Assembly: GCA_002633005.1 (NCBI GenBank)
Contig: NMRA01000534.1
Coordinates: 62,001 to 126,000 of the forward strand
Origin: Phoronis australis
Taxonomy: Eukaryota > Animalia > Phoronida
Direction: 5' to 3'
Length of the DNA: 64,000 nt
Positions within the stretch are counted from its first letter, which is position 1; every line of letters begins with the position of its first letter. Below the pieces are notes generated by a model. It was not told where the DNA came from and ran no database searches. It saw nothing but the letters and a program-made list of their open reading frames with translations. Position numbers and translations under genes: made by a program. Below, one piece after another: positions 15,201-27,200 of this stretch.

Positions 15201-18200
15201 TGGGCACATTCTCTTGTAATAATGGCTGCATTCTCTGTCTGCCCAGGGCTCTGTTGTAGCATTAGAGCCAAACATATACCTTGACACAATGGTCACTCAG
15301 AAGGCAGCTATTCAGAAAATGCAAATAGGTGTATCCCACCAAGCTAATCAGATCCTATGGTCAAGATTATATCTGGCTTTCTGCAGAGCTATGGTTTAAC
15401 TAACCAAGCTGTGTTCAGTTTGTAAGTTGAAGGCTGTATTGCAAGGATTTGGTTGTCCCCTGCAGTGCTGTGGAACTCTGGTAGAATGGCTAGTGAAAAG
15501 GAGGAGTCTATATAAGGCAATGTAATGTTAACAGTTATAGTTGGGTTCATGTGGTGTATGATAGTAGAAAATATATTCTTACCATTTTGAATGTTACGTT
15601 GTATTTATGCAGATTATAAACTTACCTATAAGCACTGTGCCACTATTTTAGAGTGTTTTTTGTTAGACAAAAACTAAGAAAATGGAATGAAACAAAAAAT
15701 ACTTAATAGTATTTCAAAAAATAGAGTTGATTATGGTGATAATTACTAACTTATGCCGAATGACATTTAAACCCTCAGACCAAGTACTATGACTTCCGTT
15801 CAACTTGTTGTTGACATGGTCCTTCTTCATTGTTATTTCAGTCATATGAGTGGGCCCTGGAGGCCATGAAGTATGTAGCTAGTATGAAGATGGACCACTG
15901 CTCCACGCCAGAGGGCCTGGACAAGCTGACGACGAGCTTAGACCTGTACTTGGAGCAGCACCCACCCATCTCCCAGGACACATTCGACCTGATGCACGAC
16001 CTGGCCACCAAGCTGAACAATGAGAGACTTCAGGAGCAATGTCAGGTCGCTCGCACGCGTTGCCAGGAAACGGAACAATTGATTCGTGTGCGGCAGTTGA
16101 CTTTGTGCAAGGCTAAGCAGCAGTTAGGCAACTCTGCGGAGCACAAGTCTGTTGAAAAATCAGATAAGGAACACTTAGATTTAGATGCCAAGCCAGATAC
16201 AACTGTCAATTCTCATGTAGTCAGGCTACGGCATAAGAAGGCTGGTGATAGTGGCATATGGGTGCCACAGAGCAGCAGTACGCCGGCACTTGAAAACTTG
16301 ACAGTGAGGCGCAAGTCGTACTCTGGTACGCCGTCTGCTCCCATGCTTCACAGGAGTTCATCAGCGCCGAGCGGTGTTGTAGCTAGTACGGAACCACGCC
16401 AGCAGTTATCAGAATATGAGGAACAGTTATTTAATGATGGTTTGATCTCAGAGGATATATCTAGTGTCATATCGCGAGCCTCTGGCACAGCGATTACGAT
16501 TGGTGACTCGCAATCATCGTCTGCTGATGGTAAAAACTCACCTGATAGAACAGGCAGGACTAGTAATAGGAACAGTGCTCCCCCTGGTTGTGGTGACTCG
16601 AGTGAAGGGCAGTCACAACAGAGTTCACCTTCCGGTAACAAGGCGGGACACAGGCCTCGACGGAAGCAGATGCGTCGGGCTAATACACTACTAGGACTGT
16701 CCAGCATGCCAGTGTTAGAAACGGACCTCCAGGAAGTAGAGAGGTGTACACGTACTGTCAGTATGATCACGGGCAGTTCAGAGAGTTTACCAAGGTAAGT
16801 TCTGTTGTCGGTATGTCTTGTGTCGTCATAGTGATGAATTTTGGTTAATGGATGTGCTATCATTGAGATGTCAAAGTCTGTGTGTATATGTGGGATGTGT
16901 CCTAGGAGCCGTGTACTGGAACGCTTTCACTTCTGTTTGGCAAGGGTTTATTACAAAGCAACACAGTGCATGATATTGTTTAGCAGTGTATGGCTTGTTT
17001 CATAACCATGTGCTTACTTTCCAAGATCTGAATATTTGGATTGACTTGGAAAATTTTTTAAACACTTGGTGTATACTTCAGCTCCCTCCAAGTACGCTTC
17101 CACTATGAGGCTCCTTCAATTCTCAGTATGGCCAAGGTGTAGCCAGCTTCCTCTAAGTACGCGTCAACTATGAGGCTCCTTCAGTTCTCAGTGGGGTCAA
17201 CGTTGGCCCAGATACAATACTTTTTGGCACTTTCTGGGTCTGGATATTTATTGTACAGACTATTTCATAATAAACTTTCAAAAAAGTTTAGCCAGCTCTC
17301 TCTAAGTACGTGTCCACTATGAGACTACTTAAGTTATCAGTATAGCCAAAGTTTAGCCAGCTCCCTCTAAGTATGCATCCACTATGAGACTCCTTCAGTT
17401 CATGTTAACTGCTTGTTTACAGTCTACCTGAGGAAGATGAAGCAGAGGGAGATAAATCCGGGAAGACTGCGTGGTCGCCCGTTCCTGTCAATACTCATTT
17501 ACTGAATCAGAAGCTGTCTGGTAATCACTATGGTTCAATGGCAGACCTGCGACTGACTGAGGCTCAGGTCAAGAGTAGGAGGTGAGTGGCAATGTCACCC
17601 GCTTATTTTTTGACAGTTCACGTGTCTGTCAACTGTACACTCAGACATTTATTTTCAATTATTATTACTAATCAGAATGTGGTCGACACATCTTGACAAT
17701 AATTTGTCATGCAGAGTAAAAATGTTTTCCTTGATAACTTTGATTTGTAGTTTGCAGTCGTAGTTTACGGTCATAGTTTACCGTCGTAGTTTACGGTCAT
17801 AGTTTACAGTCGTAGTTTGCAGATTTGTTGGCAAAATGTTTATTACAAGTATGGTGTAGAGATTTTGACTACACAACATACTATCACTTAGCTTCAAGTG
17901 AATTTCCTCTCTGCTTGTGTTTACCACCAATACGGTGATTCCTGACTGTAGCTGCAATGCTGTGTGTGTATAATTCCTCAATTATGCCAATGTCCCTGTC
18001 ATTTTAATTTTGCTTTCACCTTCCTTGACAATGGGTTACATTTTAAATTTGAGTGGATTATGCTCCAGAATTGGTTGTTTTCACCAGAACATGTTTAAGG
18101 TTCACTAGGTGACAAAAGGTAATGAGACAAAATACCGTTTCCCTGTCGTGACAGCTAAACTGAATCTGGAGCAAAAATTACAGGAAATAAGTATTAGGGT

Positions 18201-21200
18201 AGCAGTATTGTGATTGCAGAGTGTCTTAGTCACCCTACTTAATTTCCTGTTAACTCTCCGTGATTCCCAGTCATGAGGGAAGACTACTCTGACAAATTCC
18301 ACTTCTGCCCAGCAGTCATGATGGGAAATTCCGGGTCATTTTGTGCGACTATTTTTGTCGTGTACTGTATATGGGCATGCCCTGTGTTGAGCCTTGGTCT
18401 GCTCGTCTTGCAGGACATTATGCCTTATAATGAGGGAAATGATTCAAACAGAGCGAGACTACGTCCGGTCACTGCAGTACGTCATTGAGAACTTCATGCC
18501 GGAGCTGAATCGGGACGACGTACCTCAGTCACTTCGGGGCAAGCGTAACGTCATTTTCGGCAATATCCAGAAGATTTACGAGTTCCATAGTCAGTACTTT
18601 CTGAGCGAGCTAGAGACGTGTGCAAACTACCCATTCAATGTCAGCAACTGCTTCCTCAATCATGTGAGTAGGTTACAAGTCTAGGATAGTGAATTTTATT
18701 GGTGGATGCTGCTTCCGCACAGATACACCTTGTTAAGTGTTTTTTTTTATTAAAGTATGAACAAGAGGAATTACCTGAGAGTCATTTTCCATTTTCCAAA
18801 AGCTCACTGAATTGTCAAAAACACCCAGAATTAGCCAAATGTTACTTTGATGGCAGCTGCATGTACAATCTCCGCTGATAATAATGTAGATTTTTTGTAT
18901 TTTTGTTAAAAAAAATTTACATAATCAAAGTTTGCTCTTGGGGTGGTATTGTGTTCTGAATGCATTGAAGAAGTTTTACTGTAATCTTATGTATACGTCC
19001 CTCACTGACCATAAAGTTTGAGAATTATGTAAAGGCCTGTTGAATTAAATTAAGTGTGTCGAATTGGAGTTGTTCTTTTTAACTTGGCATTGAATCTGTC
19101 AACTGTAGTGCTGAGATTGACATACCACTTTTGGTATTACACTTGACAAGTCTTCACTTTTATTATTAATAAATTAAAATTCAATAAGTAAATAAGGTAG
19201 AACATGTCAATATCAGCATTCACAATTTGTTTGCGTTGCCATGATGTCATTTCATTAGTTCACAGAACAAGCTGAATATAATGAGGAATCTTGTTTACAT
19301 GCATGAAATGTAATACTTGGGTTTGTTGATTTACAGGAACAAGAGTTTTACTTGTACGCTTTATACAACAAAAATAAACCCAAGTCTGATGCTCTAATGC
19401 AGGAGTTTGGAACCAAATTCTTTCGAGTGAGTATACTTAAGTAATGTTCCTACTTGCTTGCAGATTATTTATGTATTCACTTACATTTATTGTGTTAACT
19501 ATGAATTTGTGAGGCATATTGGCAATCATTAGCCATTGGGTGCCATCTTCAAATTTAATGCCTTCTAATTTCTTATGGTATTGTAGATGCTTTATCAAAA
19601 CCTTTCATGGGATTGAACCCTGCTCAATCAACTTTGCATCTCTTTCTAATATTTCGAATAACATTTTTTCAGCTGTGGAAATTAGAAAGCAATTTTTAAT
19701 CTTTTATGTGAATCTTTTACCATTTGTTAAAATATTGATGTGCTGATTTACAATGACCTGTTTTTTGGAAAAAATGTTTAATGTTTGTAAAAAAAGCTGC
19801 TAATTAAAACACCAATTTTCTCTTCAGCAAAAACAGCTTGAGCTGGGCGACAAAATGGACTTGGCTAGTTACCTGTTAAAGCCGGTTCAGAGGATGGGCA
19901 AGTATGCGCTCATGCTGAAACAGATTATCCGAGAGTGCCCAGAGACGGACCAACTGTACAGTCACCTGAAGGCCGCCGAGGAGATGGCGCGCTTCCAGCT
20001 TAGACACGGCAATGACTTGCTGGCCATGGACTCTATTTGCGACTGTGACGTATGTACTGCACAACAGTTATGTCAGTTCCATGCACACTTAGCTTGTGGG
20101 CTTTCCCCGTGACTTTCAACAATGGCTTGGTGAAGCTAGTGCGGAAGACTGTTGCATTCTAACAATAGTTTTTTTTACATTATGGCTACAGTTACTGAAA
20201 ATTTAACAAGGCTTGGAATTTTCCACGGAAACGCGATTTCCGCTTTTTTCAACATTGCCGGGGCATCTGGGATAGCGTGGTGGATTTTTCAATGGCGTCT
20301 CGTGCGATTGTAAACCGCGGTGACAAATACTAGGACACTGCAGCCAAAAATGTGCGGAGGCGGGAGTGGACGGGCCAGCTAAAAAGATGCAGACGCACGC
20401 TTCTAGAGATGGTACCATTTCTTTTGTTTTTTTCTTTTTCTTTTACTCCCGATTTTTGTCAGCGAAGGGTCCACATCTCCGCTATTTCGGGCTGGGAAGC
20501 GCGCATATTTTGGGCCGTAAAAGTTTCCGCGTTTTTCGTCATTGGTCATTCCAAGCCCTGATTTAACCCCTTTTTCTAGGTCTGAGCTTACACTTTTTGA
20601 TATTAAAACTACAGTACACGCCAAAAGTATTCCGACAAAATGACCCAGAACTCCTCGTCATGACAACTGCGTGGAAGCCCAATTCATCATCAGAGTAGTC
20701 TTTCCTTTTGACCGAGAATGAAAGGAAATTGAGAGGAAAGTTAGTAATAGAGGTGGCTAAGCCACTCAACAAGTAGGATTTTGCCACCATAATAGTTATT
20801 ATCAGTCATTTTTGTTGTGGAACAGAATTAGCTGTCATGACGGAGAAATGGTATTTTGTCTGATTACTTTTGTCTTGTGCTGTAACATTCGGTCAACCAA
20901 TCCGTTAGTGATTGTAACAAAGTAATTACAGGAACTTAGCTTATCATGTTTTAGTTTTGGTAATAGTATACGATTATTTTTGCAATTTTTACAATTTTGA
21001 GTTAAAGGAAGTCACCTGAACAATCAGTTTGTCAGCAAGGGAAGACGGGCTCAAGTTGAGGACAATTCATTTCCACATATGTTCAGATTACACTGTTGCC
21101 CGTTTCAAAGTATTAGCTGCTGAAGTATTTCTAAAAAGAAAATCTCCCAGGCTCTGCCTAAGCTTACTTAAGACGTAAGAAACCTTGAGCAGTTTAAGTG

Positions 21201-24200
21201 ATGGCACTGAACATGTGTGTTTTACTGAATATATGTGTTTGATACGTGTTTATTCACCTACTGACTAAGTCTTAAGTCACTTGTTGCTATACATTTGTTG
21301 AGATAATAACTTGATCGTGTCCATAGATGTTCTAAATTTTTCATACAGATTGTAATCTGGTTGTGACTCCAGATTCCTTGGCGGAGATTCTATTACAGTC
21401 TTTGTTTGTTTAACTGCTAAAATGGTAGAGATGTTGTGTTGATGCCTGGGGCTAAATTTTGATATTTCTGAGTGCTGGATAAACCATGTTTGAAAACCTT
21501 TTACCAAGCTGTTGTTGGGTTTGATGTGGTTATGTAATGGGGCTGTCCAGTCTCTATAAATAGAGTTTAACTTGTAAATTGTCAAGAGTGGGACTTGTTA
21601 CATGTGATAGGTGGTACGTGAGAACAGGGCATTATAAAATGCTGTCTGCCACAAAAATGCCTTAGAGAACTGAAAAATAAAAGCAGCAATTAAAATAACT
21701 ACTGATGAGTTTAATGCAAACATAACCAGAAAGATATGTTAACAAGTAATTAAAAACTGTCGTTGATACCTTTCTTGTTAAATTGAAAGCTGACTTTTCA
21801 GAAAAGTGTCGACATTTGGTATCAAAGTTCTACTCATGAAAATCCACGAAACTGCAATTACATTAAGTAACTATACACCTTTGTTTATTCTCTTCGTAGA
21901 GGCATGTTCACTTATTCTCTTCTGAGTAGTGTTACTGAAATTTCTGTGCTGTGAAATAATGGAGATGTCTTGTTCACTTGGAAGTCTGCTTGTTTTCAGG
22001 TAAACTTGAATGAACAGGGCCGGCTGCTACGACAGGATGAATTCTTGGTTTGGCAGGGAAGGAAGAAGTCGTTACGGCACATCTTCTTGTTTGAAGAGTG
22101 TCTGATCTTAAGTAAAACAAAGAGGCACAGTGGCCACCACGATACGTACATCTACAAGAGTAGCTTGAAGGTAGGACAAACCAGTGTTGGATGGTAAACT
22201 TTCCTGTAATTCGAACCCAAATAGTTATCAGAATTGTCATTTTGCATTTTTCAAAAAGATCACTGCGTTGTTGAAAATGCACACATTTTATCATGTGTTT
22301 GTCAACGACTGCTGTATAATATCGAAGTAAATTTTTCTTCTTATTTATTGTTGTTGGTAAAATATGACTTACTGTTCTTCCATAATATTGTGTTCCCATG
22401 ACATTTTTATTGTAGTTCCATTCGGTTAATTTGGCTGAAACTAATCTTGACTTCTGAGTTACAGTTAGCTTAATATAAAAATGCTGTATTGAATTTGGTT
22501 TACTTAACTTTGGTGTTAGTATTACGGATAGCGTGATTACTAGTGTACATTTTGGGCGCACAATTTGTGTGGCTATTAGATGGGATTATGCATTACTGTG
22601 GAGACCCTAGCCTTGTTTTGATTTTGCAGTTATCAAATAAATAATTCTATGGTCGAAAAAGGGCTAGTAATTCTCTTGTTGGTAGTGTCTTAACAGTAAT
22701 TTTTATCGAATTTACATGTGCTTGTTTTCAGACAACGGATTTGGGGCTTACTGAAACCCTCGCCGACTCAAGTCCGCATAAATTTGAGATATGGTTTCGC
22801 AAGCAGAAACATGGCGAATCTTACATTCTCCAGGCAGCTAATGTTGACATAAAGACTCACTGGACCAGAGAAATCTCGCGGTTACTATGGAAACAGGCCA
22901 TTAGGAACAGAGGTTAGCTAAATTTCTCTCCATTTCTCTTGACATATTTACTTCTTATCAGTACAGTAGTTAATGTGAAATCTACCTTGTGCTGTTTGTG
23001 TGTTTTGTGGTGACTGTTCATACAAGGCTGGTGGTGCCTTTTTCCTTTTGTTAACGCCATCTAGTGTTAGGGCTTTGAACCCATGTACTGCTGTGAGGCT
23101 GACTGACACATAAAATTGTAAGCCACGAATTCCAACTTACTAAGCTTTGTCTTCTTATTGGTGAAAAGTGTAAGTTTATTTGGACGAAAGCGTTGGGGCT
23201 TTAAAAAAGTGATACCTTTTGTGTTGCGAGGTGATGACAGGAATTGGTCTCGTATAAGATGTGTGTTGCTTCATGAAAATCTCCCTATTTTTTATTAAAC
23301 AATGTCTCAGTTCTGTTGTCACGGCAACTAATTGCTTGTTCCCCTTGTTGTTTAGAGTTGCCAGGGAGTAAGTATCCTAGAAGGTATTTTTGTTGCTGAC
23401 TCACATTTGTGGTGTACTCTTGAAATTTCAACCTGCGTGAGTGTGGCATAGTGCAGTCACTCGAATCGTCTTTCTTGTGTTTTGTAAACTGGAGGTTAAC
23501 TTGACTGTCTTTTCAATAACGTACTGCTTGCAATGGAAGCATACTTATCATGCTCATCACATTATCCTCTGGTTTTTAATAGGAAATGTGTTTATAATGC
23601 AATGTTTAGATGTAACGTGATTGAGAGTAAAAGTAACATACGTGTCCTTGTCAGTTGAAGCAATGTTAGTGGCTTAGATATGATGTCTGGGCTACCATTT
23701 GTTATAAATAGAATTATTTTTCGTAAAAGCAAGTGGAATAACCGATGACTATAGATAGTGGTTGCTTTGAATTGATCTACGTTGTGTGTAAATAAGTCAC
23801 TATTGTGATCTAGCTAAAAACAGAGCCATGGTTGTTTCAGTTTTGCTCAATTTATCTTTTTTAACGATATGGCGGTCACCCTACTTTGTTAAAAACCAGT
23901 TTTCACAAAGTTAACAGGTTTCATTGAAATTTTAGCCAGTCTGAAGTCATGGCTGAAACCCAGAAATTAGACTGAGTATTGGTGACAACGTAGTTCTCCG
24001 TAATTTTAATGATTTTTACTCGAAGTGATTTCTTCAACTTTTTTAAAGTGCTGTACCTCTCAGTGATGTAAAATAAGCGTGCCTATTTGCCGAAATTGTA
24101 GAAACCCGGCTGACAGAGATGGCCTCAATGGGTATAGGCAACAAGCCATGTCTGGACCTGAAACAGAGCACCAATAACATAAAGGACCGGTTCATCAACA

Positions 24201-27200
24201 CTCCCACTGTTGCCAACAAAGGTGAGTTGGTGCAATGTGTACGCTTGGCAGTCACTGGCTTGAATTGACGTGTCACTGTGTTCTTGTACTTGGAGCCACA
24301 AGGGACAGATTGGCCAGCCGTGACCTCTGACCTAGGTCATGGCTTCTCAGTTATGTCATTACTCCTTTATTCAATATTGACTTTTCAAGTAGATCATGAC
24401 CCTTTTATTAACTATTGACACTTCGATTGGTCGTGACCCTTACTTTCTTTATAGTCACGTTCCTGTTGATGAGTACGCAGATTATTTTTGAATGAAGTTC
24501 TGTCTTGAAGTCACATCCAAGAACTTATTCTTTTTAGTAGATCTGGGATTTTGGGAGTCTTTTGCATTCAAATTTTTGTACGGGTGGTAGTCCATGTTAC
24601 ATGCATAGTCTTTCTGCCTCTGGTCATCTGAATTTAAGCCAATGCATAAGCTATTCCTTAACAATTTCCACCCTTTCTTTGCTATTTTCGGTATGCATTT
24701 GTGGTACTTGACTGACGTTTCTTTATCAGTTTTTTTTCTTCTTTGCTGTAGAATCCGATGACTTTGGTAAGACATAATCACTCCCTCCGTCTAATTGTCA
24801 TCACAGGCAAGTCACTAGACTGTGTCTGTTCTTTGCATGTCTTGTGATGTTCCACTTGAAGCATCATGATTGCATCCCTGTTAAATCCAACAGTGATTGG
24901 TGATTTCTAGAGCTCACCATCACTTCATATCCCTTGTTGCTGTGACAGTTGTAGCCTTATACTTGTTTGCCTTAGTCATGGTTGTGTAGTTGTCGTTACG
25001 GTTCAATAATGCAAACTCAAATTTCTCAGCACGATTTTACAGTACATGCAAATGGTAATTGTTCAAAATACTGACCGCTAAATTTGTTTCCAACAAAAAA
25101 GACTTGTACTGACCCGATATGTATCCACTTCTTGTATTTTTCCATTTTTCACCGAGTTCCCCAGCATAACCAGTGATTGCTAACATCTACTTTGATGGTG
25201 AATTCCTACATGGAACTGTGGTCTGTTTTGTCCTATTACTTTCAGAGTGTATTGTATGAAAATACCACATTGTTTTGAGAGGCGTGATAGTAGTTGCTTG
25301 TTCACAGGTTTCTATTTTCAATGTTCATCTATTACTCGGTGTTTTTGCATCTGCCAGACTGAGCTTTCTATAATTGCCAAACTCTTTCTGTATCCATGTT
25401 GCTGACATTGCTTGCTGCTGCAGTTTATAAACATTGTCAGTTATCCTCTAAGAGCAACTAATTGAGCTACTCAAGTACACTTACTTAAAGTGACATATTT
25501 TTGACCGTGATGTATATGTAGCAGAAAGGAAGGCATGCTTTGTTCAGAACGTTATGTTATCGATTTACTAACACCTTCCTTTGTTTTAGAACTACTACAG
25601 TCCCTAGCCATTGTTTGCCCTAACAGCACTGTTTGTATCAGTTCAGTTGATTAGCTTGTTGTTTGTGATAGGAACTTTTAACATTGCTTTATTTACTTCA
25701 TTTTAGTGTTGTATGAATTAAGTACTCTTGTTTCTTGGTTATTACGGGGGTATCACATGTCGTGTGGCAATAAACTTTTCAATAATGTTGTTAACGTGAC
25801 TGCAATAAAGTTAAGACTTACAAGTACTTACATAGTTATGTTAACCTTTCTTGAATGTTCTAGCTTGTTGTGATGATAGAGAAAGTTAGTGGTACAGTCC
25901 CCTAGCTCCATGACTCTAGTAACCTTCAGCCATGTGCTGGCAGCAAGTTGGTTAGGATCACTGTTACATGATGCCAACGAAGTGTCATTTTTGTGCCACC
26001 GCTGTTGTGCCCTTGAGGCCGATTCCCTACGACACTTCTTATGAGACCACTATGGCCATCAGAAGTTGCCACGAGTGGACATCTTGTCATCTTGTACTAA
26101 TTTGGTGTCAACCTGCAGCTCAAAGACTCCACGATATTTTTATCTTCCTACTTCTGTAAAAGCTTCAACGTTCGTTGCTTCATTGCTGTTTCCTTCATTT
26201 CCAGCTCGTACTCGTAATTCCATTGCTGTATCATCGTTCGACCACTTCAAGAATGGCGGTAAGCGACCCCACTCCATCATTAGTATTAGCAGCTCATCTT
26301 CATCCAACAGCAGCAGCCAGTCCACGTCCTTATTTGGTCCACTCGGCCTGGCTTACGACCCCTTGGACAACATGTGGACATCACGGCGCAAGTCCAGTGC
26401 AACCACCAATGGTAAGCATCTAGACATGTCACTGCTTGTCGTTTTGTATGTATTTAAGGTTATGAAGGACCCCTCATCAGAAAATCTGTACGTTTAGCCA
26501 CATATCTACAAAATTGTAGAATTTAATTTGGCAAAAGTTATGTATTTTTTGGAGACATGAATTTTGTAGAATTTATTTTTGACTAATTAGGTCACGTTAC
26601 CTTGCTTTTTAAAAAAATTAGGAAAAAAGGAAGTTACACTCATAGCAAAACAACAGGGTCAGTAACATGACCAAATTATGTATAATATACATGTTCAAGA
26701 TAAAACCTCAAAAATGTTGCTACAGTTTTCTAAATGATCATTTTGTGTTTTATGCTACTTAAACATTTTTTCGTGAAAGTCATATAAATCCTATATTTGA
26801 TAGCCTCTTGTGCTAAAGTGGAACATTTTAAAAACAATTCCTAACAGTGTATAATGCATAATATTTGAAAGTTTCATGTGAATCTGATCAGCCATTTCTG
26901 AGATGCGATGCTCCAGAGATAGCAAAAAATGTACATTTTTCTAGGGTCCTACATAGCCTTAAAGAAATCATTGTTAGGAGATTATTGGTATTCCATGGAT
27001 ATTGAAGAAACCATGGTTATCTTGATACCAATACTTGTTGAAGCTTAATGGACAAAATAACATTTAAATAACAATGAGTGGCTGCATTTGATTTGCTTAT
27101 CCACTGGTTGAGGAGAGTTAACTGGCTAAGACATCTGATTGGTCTGTCAGGGAACCAATCAAATGTTGAGAAAGTTTGACCCAGCTGACCTGCATGAGCA

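Noticed and set aside
272-15800. Numerous 60-120 aa ORFs in the supplied track
   Set aside because: Apart from the exon at 12810-12995 they are intronic, often with non-ATG starts, without motifs or splice-consistent boundaries
16348-16863. 171-aa minus-strand ORF
   Set aside because: Antisense shadow of the large RhoGEF exon; no recognisable domain
21702-21735. CTGATGA hammerhead-like core (also at 58167)
   Set aside because: GAAA does not follow stem II and no stems I/III; the 58167 hit is part of the MITE core
21974-22561. 195-aa minus-strand ORF
   Set aside because: Overlaps PH exon antisense plus AT-rich intron; composition not protein-like; no motif
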